From the NCBI GenBank assembly GCA_028534125.1, contig CM052816.1, positions 14,820,001 to 14,884,000 on the forward strand: a DNA stretch of 64,000 nt, in the 5' to 3' direction. Source of the DNA: Lama glama (lineage: Eukaryota). The notes under the pieces are model-generated. The model did no database searches and had not been told where the DNA came from. It saw only the letters and a program-made list of their open reading frames with translations. Made by a program: the position numbers and the translations under genes. Positions 11,227 through 23,290 of this stretch are shown piece by piece (the stretch's first letter is position 1; the number at the start of each line of letters is the position of its first letter).

Positions 11227-13659
11227 CTGTCCCGGAGGGGAGCTCTCTGCACCCAACACTTGCCTATAGAATACCGGATCGCAGCTTCGCAGAGTGTTCT
11301 GGCGGCTGGCCAGCGGGCTGGCGGCACCTGGTTTCTTCAATAGCGGGTCACTACGGCGCGAGTCAGTGGTAAGGTACACCTGATGGTAAAGGTGTGGGGG
11401 CATGAGGCCTCCCCGCACAGCGTCTGCGTGCAGAGAGGGCCCTGGTGTTCGGTACAGGGAGCTCACGGGGGCTCGGTAGAGGTCCCTGGACTGCTTCCAC
11501 TTGTAAACTTTGAATATGATCACTCCCAATACAGTGATTGCGAACCCCACGGAGACCAGGATTAGAGAGAGAAGTAGATAGAAGGTGAGATTTTTATTCT
11601 GCTCCCCGGGAGCAGAGCTGGAAGGGAACTCAGCCCGGGCTTCAGGAGATTCTTCGGTTACTGACACAGTCAGGGTCGCTGTGGTGGACAGTGATGGTTC
11701 CCCATTGTCTTTGATCAAGACCGTGAGAGTCTGCCTGGGCGAATCTGTGTCCTGCACTGGGCGGGCAGTGCTGACTTGACCAGTATGAAGTCCCACAGCA
11801 AAAAGGCTCTGGTTGGGGGCTCCCAAGAGGCTGTAGGAAAGCCAGGCATTATGCCCTGCATCAGGATCCCAGCCTACCACCCGCGTGACCACGTGACCCG
11901 CTGCAGCACCTCGAGGCAGCATCTCAACCGAGCTCTGGCCAGGTCGAGGGTATATGACCTGGGGGGCGTTATCATTGCGATCAGTGACAAATATGTTCAG
12001 GCTGATGTTGGTGGCCAAGACAGGAGTGCCCCCATCGCTGATGTGAGCTGTTAATTCAAACTCCCGCCGATCCTCATAGTCCAAGGGCACTAACGATGAC
12101 ACGACGCCACTGTCACGATTTATTGTGAAATAGCGTCCCACTAGCCCGATTTCAGCTCCTTGCTCCAACAGAAAGAAGGAAAGGCGAGCATTCTGCGGGG
12201 CATCGGGGTCCCAGACACTTAGGTTTAGTATTGGAACACCAGGGAGGTTATTTTCCTCAACATAAACATCGTAGGAAGATTGGGAAGATTGTGGAGGGTT
12301 GTCATTGATGTCGGACACTTGTACCCGCACTGTCGTGAGGGCTGAGAGGGAAGGGGTTCCCGCATCTCGAGCCGTGATGCTAAGGTTGTATTCTGGCACA
12401 GTCTCCCGATCCAGGGCTGAGCTGGTTTTCAAAGTAAAGTAATTCTTGAGGGAAGATGTAAGGCTGAAGGGGAGACCTGGTGGAACCTCGCAAGTCACCA
12501 GCCCATTCTCCCCAGAATCCAGATCAGTCACACTGAGCAAAGCGATGACAGTTCCTAAAGGGGCATCCTCGGGGACTGGGCTGTACACGGAGGTAACTGT
12601 GATCTCCGGGGCATTGTCATTCACGTCCACAACCTCCACCAAAACCTTACAATGTGCTCCCTCGGGATTGGCGCCCTTGTCTTTCGCCTGTATGTAAATC
12701 TCATGGAGTTTCGTGTCTTCAAAGTCCAGTCGACCCTTGACTGTCAGCACCCCAGTTACGAGGTCTAAGGAAAATAGTTCCCGAACGCCGGCACGGTTGT
12801 GACTACCGAAGGAGTAAATGATTTCGCCATTAGGGCCTTCATCCAGATCCGTTGCACGGACTTGCACCACGCGAGTGCCAGGGGGTGCATCCTCCAGGAC
12901 GCGCGCCCTGTACAAGGACTGGTTGAAGGTGGGCGCATTGTCATTCGCGTCCAGCACTATGATTCGAATAGGAAGGCTGGCGGAGCGAGCCGGAGTTCCT
13001 CCGTCCAACGCTGTCAGCACTAACTGGAGACTTGCCTCTCGCTCCTGGTCCAGAGCGCGCTCCAGCACCAGTTCCGCATACTTGGTGCTGTCTTCCCGCG
13101 TCTGCACTCGAAGCGCAAAGTACTCGTTTCGGCTCAGCTCATAGGTTTGTAAAGAGTTGCTACCCACGTCGGGATCGTGCGCGCTCTCGAGCGGAAAGCG
13201 CGTCCCCGGCGCTACAGCCTCACTAATCTCCAATTTCATTTCCCGGGTAGGAAAAGAAGGATTGTTGTCGTTAATATCCTGGATCACCACTTCCGCGCTG
13301 AACAGCTCTAGCGGCCTCTCCATTACCAACTCCAGAGTTACGGTGCAGGAGGGTAGTGTCCCGCAGAGCTCCTCTCGATCCAGGCGGTCATTCACGAACA
13401 TCTCTCCCGTCTCCCGATTCACCTCAAAGAATCTTCGGCTAGCTCGGGACAGCACCCGGAGCTTGCGGGCTGACAGGCTGCCGAGATCCAAACCAAGGTC
13501 CCTAACCACGTTGCCCACCACAAAACCCTTCTCTCTTTCCTCCAGGATCTCATAGCGAATGACGGCGGCGGAAGCCTTGTGCAAGGCACCGAGAAGAAGC
13601 AAAACTCCCACCACTCTCCCGGTGCTTACCAGTCCGCCCCTCCAGGCCTCCGGGACCAT
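11227..13659 (-). CDS. PCDHGC3: Protocadherin gamma C3, variable exon (811 codons)
   Basis: ATG at 13659 (the track start at 13668 is TTG): MVPEAWRGGLVSTGRVVGVLLLLGAL..., six EC repeats, TM FYLLLSLILVSVGFAITVLGVIIF. Phase-0 donor CAG|GTAAGG after ...SSPPGQ at 11227. Confidence 0.96.
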
Positions 13660-13866
13660 CTCACTCAAAGGCAGTTCCTCTTAGCGGGGTCCAGATCGTC
13701 CCGGCTCTTTTGATGAAAAACTTTCAGCGGGTTAGCGCTTGGGCGCTGGGCTCCGAGTCGGACATGGCTTTCTGGATGCCTTTGATTTGCTCGCAGGCTG
13801 TTCAGTCTCTGCCTCATCCCGCGGCGCCGAGAGGGGACGGGCCGGGGCCAGATATCCAGCGTCTTC

Positions 13867-13909
13867 ATTGGCCGACAGCGGCACGCAGAGTCCCAGCCAA
13901 TAACTGCAC
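13867..13909 (-). promoter_or_regulatory. GC3 promoter CSE (CTCF site), overlapped by an inverted CCAAT pair
   Basis: attggccgACAGCGgcacgcagagtcccagccaataacTGCAc; CGCT core on the minus strand, 216 bp upstream of the ATG; aligns with the five A/B-type CSEs. Confidence 0.85.
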
Positions 13910-15106
13910 GAAGAATGCGCTAGCGCCCGGCTCTTTGAGCGGGACAAGTGCTAGCGCCAGGAACTTCTTTCTTCTGGCTTTCTTCCAGAGTTTAAAGCCA
14001 GAGCTCCTTGGCAGTATCTGTACATCGGAAACCCACCTTAGCTGGAAAGCCAACTACAGGGTGATGGAAGCTGCTGTTTCTGCAAGTCTTCAAGCCGAAC
14101 CAAGGCCTATTAAACACTTCAACCGCTGTCTTTAAGGGGGATCAAGCCAAACCAAAAACGAGGCAACGTTATCTGGTTTGTTGGAGGCCTGGGTAAAACT
14201 CATCTAGCCAGACTCTACCTGTAAGGAAGGCATTTAGTATTTCTGTGGACGTGTTAATTTCAGTTTTTTTTTTAATCTCTTATGAAATGACACTGTAGAA
14301 TTCCAGGTCACTTCCTAAGTAGAGAAAATCTACAGAGCTGCCATCTATTAGGTTAAATTAGTTTTACGAAATTTTAAAATACAGTTCAGATTTCTTTTTA
14401 AAGTAGATGTTGTTGCTTCGCTCTTACTTCTTAAGAACCAGGGAGCAATGTGAAATTTTCCTATTGTGTCTTTCCCAGTGAGCATAATCTCTACTGTTTC
14501 TTCCCCTTGCTTGATCAATCCGTTTCGCAAGATCATATGCCACAAAGAGAAGTTGCATTGCTAACAAAGTATAACCCCACCCCACCCCCAAAAAAAAAAA
14601 ACAGAAAAGAAAAAGAAAAAAGGCCAGGTTTACCACATGGGACATTAATAAAATGACTGAGGTATCAGAAATACAAAGACTTTAGCCACAGAATAAACAG
14701 CCTCAAGTTTTCTGCACACAGGATTGTAGTTACAAAACAAAATAACGATTAGGATAATGTATAAGAGAGTCATCTATGAAATAAGTTAGAACTGAGTTGT
14801 ACATCTTTGGACAAAAACCATCCTCTGAGCGTTCCTGGGTCCCTATCTTATTAAATGAAAAAAGCAGATAAAACACCTGGCAAAGTAAGCCTCAACTAAT
14901 GATATACATCAACCCATTAGATACTGGATGTAAAGAATAAAGATCCTTATACTATTTCTGCACACTGATCTTGAACATCACTTTGACTGCATACAAGTCC
15001 TTTCTGAAGTGTAACAGAATCCTGAGGCAGGCAGACAGATTAGATATGTACATAGGAATTAAGTATATATAAAGTATTTATTGAAGAGATAAAAAGCCAC
15101 ATTTGA

Positions 15107-15245
15107 GGGGCAGGGTATAGCTCAAGTGGTAGAGTGCATACTTAGCATGCATGAGGTCCTGTATTCAATCGCCAGTACCTCCTCCAAATATAAATAAATA
15201 AACCCAATTACCTAACCCCAAAAAGAAAAAAGAAAAAAATAATTT
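15107..15245 (+). mobile_element. tRNA-Ala-derived SINE (camelid vic-1-like) with a 17-bp TSD
   Basis: ggggcagggtatagctcaagtggtagagtgcatacttagcatgcatgaggtcctgtattcaatcgccagtacctcc plus A-rich tail. TSD taaaaagccacatttga at 15090-15106 and 15246-15262. Confidence 0.88.
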
Positions 15246-15370
15246 TAAAAAGCCACATTTGACCTGTCTCTCTATATCCTCAATACTTTTATCTCTTAAA
15301 ACCTCCAGTTTGAAATACTCAAACTTAACAATTGTCCAAACCACCAAGAAGGGTGATAGGTATCATAACA

Positions 15371-15470
15371 TAGAATACATTCTATAGAATTAAATACATT
15401 CTATAGAATTAAATACATTATATAGAATTAAGTAATTCTATAGAATTAAATACACTCTATAGAATATATT
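15371..15470. repeat. AT-rich minisatellite, 19-bp unit attctatagaattaaatac, about 5 copies
   Basis: Seen directly; each unit contains the palindrome attctatagaat. Confidence 0.85.
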
Positions 15471-15504
15471 TAGAATTTAGCATATAGACTATATATAGCC
15501 CAGT

Positions 15505-15660
15505 CACTTGGTACTCAAAATGTAAGCCAAGGACCAGTGGCATGGGCATTACCTGGGAGCTTGTTAGAAATGCAGAAATGCCCCACTCCAGACTCACTGA
15601 AACAGAATTTGAAATATGGGGATGATTTGAATGTACATTAAAGTTTGAAATACACTGACT
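15505..15660. mobile_element. MER5A-like hAT-Charlie MITE
   Basis: ggaccagtggcatgggcattacctgggagcttgttagaaatgcagaa...cattaaagtttgaaatacactg. Confidence 0.75.
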
Positions 15661-15787
15661 ACTGGGTTTTTCAGATATACCGACTTACCATTTTTTCCAC
15701 AGTCACCACCACTTAACTGACATTGTAGTTTCCAAAAACTAGCTTTTAAAAGCTGAAGTAGTTTTCCCTGTAACAATCAGGCCAATA

Positions 15788-17549
15788 TGCCCAAAGCAAT
15801 TTACAGATTAAATGCAGTCCCTCTCAAATTACCAATGACCTTTTTCACAGAGGTGCAACAAAAAATGTTAAAATTTGTATGGAACCAGGTAAGACCCCAA
15901 ATAGCCAAAACAATCTTGAAAAAGAAGAATGGAGCTGGGGGATTCATGCTCCCTGACTTCAGACTATACTACAAAGCTACAGTAATTAAAACAATATGGT
16001 CCTGGCACAAAAACAGACACACAGATCAATGGAACAGGATAGAAAGTCCAGAAATAAACCCACACATTTATGGCCAATTAATCTATGACAACAGAGACAA
16101 GAATATACAATGAAGAAAAGACAGTCTCTTCAATAAGTGGTGCTGGGAAAACTGGAAAGCTACCTATAAAAGACTGAAATTAGAACATTCTCTAACACCA
16201 TATACAAAAATAAACTCAAAATAGATTAAAGACCTAAATGTAAGACCAGATACTATAAAACTCCTAGAGGAAAACATGCAGAACACTCCTGGACATAAAT
16301 CACAGCAATATATTTTTTGCATCAGATCCTGCAGTAATGGAAATAAAAGCAAAAACAAACAAATGGGACCTAATTAAACTTAAAAGCTTTTGCACAGGTA
16401 AGGATACCATCAACAAAACAAAAAGACAACCTACAGAATGGGAGAAAATATTTGCAAATGACACAATTGACAAGAGACTAATCTCCAAAATATACAAACA
16501 GCTCATACACCTTACTTATCAAAAAAACAAGCAACCCAACCCAAAAATGGGCAGAAGACCTAAACAAGCATTTCTCCAGTGAAGACATACAAATGGCCAA
16601 TAGGCACATGAAAAAATGCTCAGCATCACTAATTGTCAGAGAAATGCAAATCAAAACCACAATGAGATATCACCTCACACAAGCCAGAATGGCCATCATT
16701 AAAAAGTCTACAAACAGTAGAAGCTGGAGATGGTGTGGAGAAAAGAGAATCCTCCTACACTGTTGGTGGGACTACAAATTGGTACAACCACTATGGAGGA
16801 TAGTGTGGAGGTTTCTTAAAAAACTAAAAATAGATTTACAATGTAATCCAGCAATCCCACTCCTGGGCATATACCTGAAGAAAAATATAATTCAAAAAGA
16901 TACATGCACCCCAATGTTCATAGCAGCATTATTTAAAATAGCCAAGACATGGAAACAACCCACATGTCCATCAACAGATAACTGGATAAACAAGATGTGG
17001 TATATGTGTGTGTGTGTGTATATATATATACACACACACACACATATACATACAATGGAATACTACTCAGCCATAAAAAGAATAAAATAATGCCATTTGC
17101 AGCAACACGGATAGACCCGAAGATCATCATTCTAAGTGAAGTGGGCCAGAAAGAGAAAGAAAAATGCCATATGATATCCCTTATATGTGGACTTAAAAAA
17201 AGAATTGAGGAATGGCAAAATTGGACTCAGCTGTGAGAATGTGAGAAAGTTTTCTGTGATGAGATGAGGGTAACAGCTAACAAACAGATGCACCAGAGAA
17301 AAAGGATTGGCGTAGGGATAAAGTGGGAGTTTGGGATTTGCGGATACTAAGTACTATGCATAAGATAGATAAACAGCAAGTTCTTACTGTACAGCACAGG
17401 GAACTATATTCAATACCTTGTAATAGCCTATAATTAGAAAGAATATGAAAAGGAATATGTAGACATTTATGTATAATTGAATCACTATGCTGTACACCAA
17501 AAATTAACACAACATTGTAAACTGACCATACTTCAATAAAAAACAAACC
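15788..17549 (+). mobile_element. 5'-truncated L1: frameshifted ORF2 C-terminus, 3' UTR and tail
   Basis: ORF2 peptides [62 protein letters not shown]. aataaa tail at ~17535. Degenerate TSD aacaatcaggccaata (15772-15787) / aacagtaaggcccata (17550-17565). Confidence 0.93.
17001..17052. repeat. Compound (TG)n(TA)n(CA)n microsatellite inside the L1
   Basis: Seen directly. Confidence 0.9.
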
Positions 17550-18142
17550 AACAGTAAGGCCCATAGTTTTCCTAAGACGGCTTCATAAGCCAGCAAAACC
17601 CTTCTTGGAGCCACTGTCTACAGTAGCTAGAGCGATCTTCTTAATTTTAATTGGATCTTCAGCTCAAAACTCCTCAGTAGCATCTCACCACCCTTGAAAT
17701 AAAATACGAAATCCTTGCATAGTATTCAAGTTCTCATGTATTCCATTACACAGCTTTCAGTGTGGTCATCAATCAAGCTCTTTTGTGCTGCAGGGCCTTC
17801 AGAGGCTGTTCTGTTCCTCCTCTAGGAGAGCTTCTTCCCCTCCCTTCCCTTTGCTATGTTAATTTCCACAAATATTTCAAGTCTCAGTTTACAAGTTATT
17901 TCCTAACAGAGGTCTTCTTTTTGGCCCCAGTGAAAACCAGGATCCTTTGTTATGCTCCGTCAGAGAACCTTTTATTTTCCTTTGTTGAACTTAGCACAAC
18001 TTAAAATTTTATAGTTATATTTTGTTTAAGCATAATGCCCGACTCTCCCACTGAAAAAAAAAAGCTGCAGGAAGACAGGCCACGCCTGTTCTGACGATCA
18101 TTTGTATCTTCAGTGTCTAGCACAGTAGGTACTTAATACTTA

Positions 18143-18442
18143 TTTTTTTCCCAGCTTTATGGAAGTATAATTGATAAATAAAATTATATAATTTAACATA
18201 TACAACATGATGATTTAATGCATGTATATACTGTGAGATGATCAGTGCAATATGATTAACATCCATCACCTCACCTAATTGCCATTTCTTAATGTATGTG
18301 GTAAGAACACTTAGGATCTACCCTCTTAACAAATTTAGTTACACTACAATCTTAGTAACTATAGTCACCTTGGTGTACAGCACATTCCAGAACTTATTCA
18401 TTTTATAACCAAAAGTTGATACCCTTTGGCCAGCATCTCCCC
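18143..18442 (-). mobile_element. Old L1 3'-end fragment
   Basis: tttttttcccagctttatggaagtataattga...taagaacacttaggatctaccctcttaacaaattt...cagaacttattcat, typical of reverse-strand L1MA ends. Confidence 0.7.
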
Positions 18443-19719
18443 ATACTTAATGCTTATTAATATAGCAATCTCTATGCTAATGGCATAGTAAGCATAAAAT
18501 GCACTAAGGACTATATGTATTCATTTTGTGCATCCATTTTCCCTAATAGTAAGCATTTTTAGAAGATACATTCACTCTTTTAAGCTACCAATGGGCCTAA
18601 TGAAACTATTCCTTAACCTAATGATTTGAAAGAGAAAATACAGTTTGCCAAAGAGCCAAGTAAGGTGTGATAGTATAACTCACATTGGACACACAATTAA
18701 AAAAAAAACGAAAAAACCAAGTAGTATAACTTGCTGTCACCTATATCCAGGGGAAATGGAAGCACCAGTGCACAGGAGCAATACAATTTTCCAGTCTCTT
18801 TTTTCTTTCCTCTGTTTTATAATTCCAAGAGAGCCTCTGATCAGTGAGATGCAGCACACATAATTTTAAAATAGAAAGCGAATTTATTACTATGGTCAAG
18901 AGTGAGGTCTTAAGGTAAAAAAGACCTGAGTTCCAATGCTGGATATTACACTGAGTAGCTATATAACCATGAAGCTTTTATTTTTAACTTATTTTCTTTA
19001 CCTGTAAAATGGGAATATTAGTACTCCTTAACATAATCATGGCATCTTAATCTTTCGTTTTAATCTTTTCACATCTTTGTATTTACCATACAGTTCACCT
19101 AGACAATCAAAGACTTGGAGCAATTTTATGCAGTTACACAACCAATACCACAATCCAGTTTTAGAATAATCCTATCACCCCTGCAGAATTCCTTCCTGCC
19201 TGTCTGCAATCAATTCTTGCTCCTACTCCCAGCTTCAGGCAACCACTGATGTACTTTCTCTATAATTTTGCTTTTTCTAGAAATTTCACAAAAAGGGAAT
19301 TTTAAAACACATAGCCTTTTCCATCTGGCTTCTTTCACTTAGCATGTCAAACCCAGCTCTTAACCACACCTTCCAATCTGTTCTTTCTCCAACATTCTTC
19401 ATCTAACAATGGGCACATCTAAGTCCAGTAAAAAATTCTCAGGTCATTCTTAACATCTTTTTCTACATCCCCACACTGAATTCACTATCAGTTCATGTCA
19501 ATGCTACTATCTCCAAAATTTATTTTTGAATCTATCAATTACTTTCCTATTGCCACCACCTGAGACAGAGCCACATTAAATACTGTTGTAGTGTCCTATC
19601 TGATCTTCTTACTTCCTCTTTTGCTTTCTCTAAACCCTATTTCACATGTAGAAACCAAATAATCCTTAAAAAAGTAAATTAAATTATATGCTCTCTTTGT
19701 GAAATACAGTGCTTAGTAC

Positions 19720-19896
19720 CAGGACTGGCTACACAATTTGCGGGACCAGTGCAAAATGAAAACAGGGAGCTCCTTGTTTAAAAATTACTACAATTTTAAG
19801 ATGATGACAGCAGAGCATTAACCCAAATGCAGGGCCCCTCTAAAAATGGGGGTCAGTATGATGGCACAGGTCACATGCTCATGCAGCCAGCTTTCC
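19720..19896. mobile_element. MER45A-like hAT-Tip100 MITE
   Basis: caggactggctacacaatttgcgggaccagtgcaaaatgaaa...gacagcagagcattaaccc...gcacaggtcacatgctcatgcagccagc matches the recalled MER45A layout. Confidence 0.7.
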
Positions 19897-21283
19897 TTGG
19901 CACAGAGAGGCTCTCCATAAGTATTACCTATTATTTTTAAAATATTAGGTAATTATCTAATAGTATTTATTAGAGTCATTAATATCAGAAAATCTTACTC
20001 ATGATACTATTAAATTACTGAATTCAAGGCAAAACTTATATGTATCATCCCCTAAAAATCGAAATATTCTCTAATAATCTTTGAATTCAATCTAATTTGC
20101 TTATTTGAGAAACATCCTAAGGTCAAATTAAGGGCTCATTCAAGGAGAAATGGCATTAAAAACAGATAATCAATAGATCAACCAAACATGTATCACAATT
20201 CAGACAGAATTTGGTGAAAGCTGAAAGGTTTATCCTTAATATTATGTGTAATTTACCTGAAGTTTATGTGAAAAATACTTTGCATACTTTGATTTAAAAA
20301 GATATTCTGTGAATTATGAAATTATCTCATTAAAATATTTTAGAACTACCATCAGTGATTTAAACATGCTATTCTATTCTAGTCTTTATCACACTAGTAC
20401 TCTTATTGTTTATTATACCACAAACTTAAATATACCAGAAAACTATCCATAAAAAGTGCTAAATTTGTCCACATGAAAATTCCCTAAAAGACCTAAAGTC
20501 TCCTTAGAGAGATGGAATTAGTTTAATTTTTACCCATCATGCTATTATTATACTGGTATCTAAATTATTATCAGTTCTTACCAAATGGGTAGCCTTATAT
20601 GGCTGGGTTGTTTATTTTTTCTAAAAAAAAATCAATTCCCTTCAATATATGATGATAACTTTGAGAAAAAAGTGTGACTTTTTGATCTTTAAAATCTTCT
20701 GGCAATACAGGAGGTTTTTTTTAAATTGTGAATCACTATACTGTACATCTGTAATTTGTACATTATAACTTATATATTATACATTATATAATATTGTGCA
20801 TCAACTATACTTTAGTTTTAAAAATAAAATAAAAATTTTAAAAAGAGAAAGGGCAAATACAAAAATACGTATGAAAACACAACATAAAATAACATGACAG
20901 AATTGAAATCAAATATAACTGTCATCTCAATATATGTAAGTAGGTTTAACTCATCTATTTTTAAAACGGTTTTCAAAATAGGTTGCGAAGTCCAGTCCAA
21001 CTCTAGGCTGTATACATCTAAGATAAAATAATGCAGAAAGATTAATAGTGAAAGGATGGGCGAAGAAAAGCATACAAGAATATATAAATATTAAAAATCT
21101 TAATATCTGACAACATGGAATTCGGGACAAAAAGCTTCAAACAAGATACAGAGAAGTACTTATTAATGCCAAAGGCTACAATTCACCATGAAAATTTAAG
21201 TTATGAATATCTATGTACCAAAAAATATAACAGTTCACATACTAGAGCTATAGAGATACAAGGAGATTTAAACAAAGACACCC

Positions 21284-21905
21284 TGTGGCAAGGCCCAGCT
21301 GTAAGGCCACACAAGAACACAGGCCTGGAAATACACTAAATGTAGCCAATACTCAATTCACCAATCACTTGGTTTACTGCACACAATTAGCATACAGCAC
21401 AGGTTAGTCAAAGACGTAAAAATAGAAAAGGGGTAGCGAACCACCTCAAGGGGAAGTCCCAGGAGGCATCTCAGCAGTGCCCCCCTGTCCCCTCGAGTGG
21501 TCTCTGCCCAGACAGTCTCCAGCAGTGTCAGTCTGGAACAGCTCTCAGCAGTGTGGAGTTGGCTGCTCCAGCAAGAAGTCTTCAAGTCGCCCAACTCAAT
21601 GGTCTTATTTTAAGGACTCCACCAATATAGGGCATAATGGTTACACCCCAGGGGGCCTTGTCTCTACTGGTTGTACCAGTGAAGTCTTTCGACAGATGTT
21701 ACCAAACAAGTTCCTCACCTAAAGTAACACTTAATTTTTTACACTAAGATATTCACACATCTACAACAGATATTCAAAACAACTAATGTGGAAGCTCACA
21801 CTGGCCACTGTGACTCCATTTTGAACTGCTAAACATAGCTTAAATTCTATGAGTTCCTAACACAGTGAGTAGGAATCACAACGCAAAAGACACCACATCA
21901 TAACA
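21284..21905. mobile_element. Probable solo LTR (~620 bp) inserted in an old L1
   Basis: TG...CA ends, 5-bp near-TSD caccc/cacac, composition shift; the host L1 reads through on both sides (ggagatttaaacaaagacac | actaataataaaagga). Confidence 0.5.
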
Positions 21906-22442
21906 CACACTAATAATAAAAGGATTTGATTTCACCTTTCCCAATCCAAAACAGACCAAGTGGTCAAATTAATGAGGATCCAGAAGTCCCAACAATACAA
22001 TCAAAAAGGTAGATGTCATTGTTATAGATCAGATAACACGAGAACAGAGAACATACTTTCTTCTCAGGTGTGCTCTGGGAAATTCCCGCATACACACAGA
22101 TTATAAATTAGACCGCAAAGCAAACCTCATTAAATTCCCACAGTAAAAATAATATAGATAGCATTCTACAATAACACAATAAACACTGACATTTATAACA
22201 CATTCAGAAAACAAAAAAAAGCCTTTCTATATGGGTTGTGTGGGAGGTCTGTATTAAATAATTCCATGATCAAAGGGAAAATAGAAATTCAAAACTGCAC
22301 AATTTCTAGAAAACAATAATAATTAACATATTACAGAAGAACCTATGTGTATAGCTAAAGTAGTACTCAAAGGAAAATTCATACTCTTAAACAACTACAT
22401 CAACATAAATGAAAGAACAATAAGTGAAGTAAACAGCTGGCT

Positions 22443-22620
22443 GGGGTAGTGGGGGAGGGGATAGAGTACAGCTCAGTGGTGGAATGTGTGCTTAGCACGC
22501 ATGAGGTCCTGGGTTCAATCCCCAGTACCTCCATAAAAAAAATTAAAATAAACAAACCTGATTACCTCTCCTCCACCAAAAAAAAAAGAAAAGAAAAAAG
22601 AAAAAAGAAGAGAAAATACT
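22443..22620 (+). mobile_element. tRNA-Ala-derived SINE (camelid vic-1-like)
   Basis: acagctcagtggtggaatgtgtgcttagcacgcatgaggtcctgggttcaatccccagtacctcca plus A tail; TSD cagctggct at 22434-22442 and 22621-22629. Confidence 0.88.
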
Positions 22621-22667
22621 CAGCTGGCTCAAAAAGTGAGAAAAATAATTTTTAAATAAACCAAAGG

Positions 22668-23290
22668 AGGGGGTGTTGAAGATGGCAGAGTAGTAGGACC
22701 ATGAGCTCGCCTGTACTCACCACCACAACAAAACCACAACTGACTGCCAAACCACCATTGGAAAAAAAGAAAAAAGAAAAAGACTGGAACCTAGCAAAAA
22801 ACGTCCTCCCCAAATAGAAACACAAAGAAGGAACCACAATGGGATGGCAGGATGGGCGCACTCGTGACATAATCAGGCTCCACAACCCCGGGGTAGGCGA
22901 CCCACAAGCTGAAGAACAACTAAGTCGCAGAGGCTCTCCTGCAGGAGTGGGGGCCCCAGGTTCCACGCCACGCTCCCTAGCCCGGGGTTCCAGCACTGGG
23001 AGGATGAGAAACAAGGACATCTGGCCCTGAAAGCCAGCGGGCTAGACTCCAGGAGCTCTGCGGGACTGGGGGAAACAGAGACCCCATTCTCCCGGAAGCT
23101 CACACAGAATCTCCCACGCACCAGGTCCAAGGGCAGAGGCAGCGCCCCACAGGAGCCTGGGCCAGACCCACCCAGTGGTTCCCGAAGTTCTCCTTGGGGG
23201 GCAGGGGCAGCGTGGCCAGCCCAGGGGACACAAAAGCTGGTGGCAGACACTCCAGGAGCGTCCATCCACGTGAGCTCTCCTGGAGGCTCC
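22668..23290 (+). mobile_element. Isolated L1-type 5' UTR (GC/CpG-rich), copy 1
   Basis: Starts gaagatggcagagtagtaggaccatgagctc; colinear with the copy at ~25575-26260. Confidence 0.7.

Noticed and set aside
2..13555. Many + strand and off-frame ORFs overlapping the cadherin exons (also throughout 43692-62765)
   Set aside because: Shadow ORFs produced by GC-rich cadherin codon usage; they recur at homologous positions in each paralogue and have no independent gene features.
15107..15185. tRNA-Ala-like sequence (also ~22460-22533)
   Set aside because: Disrupted stems, A-rich tails and TSDs mark these as SINE heads, not tRNA genes.
15371..15470. Regularly repeated palindromic unit, superficially CRISPR-like
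   Set aside because: Head-to-tail tandem repeat without unique spacers, in mammalian DNA.
15787..17236. ORFs of 80-165 aa (also 31339-34569)
   Set aside because: Frameshifted L1 ORF2 fragments; not host genes and not an intact L1.
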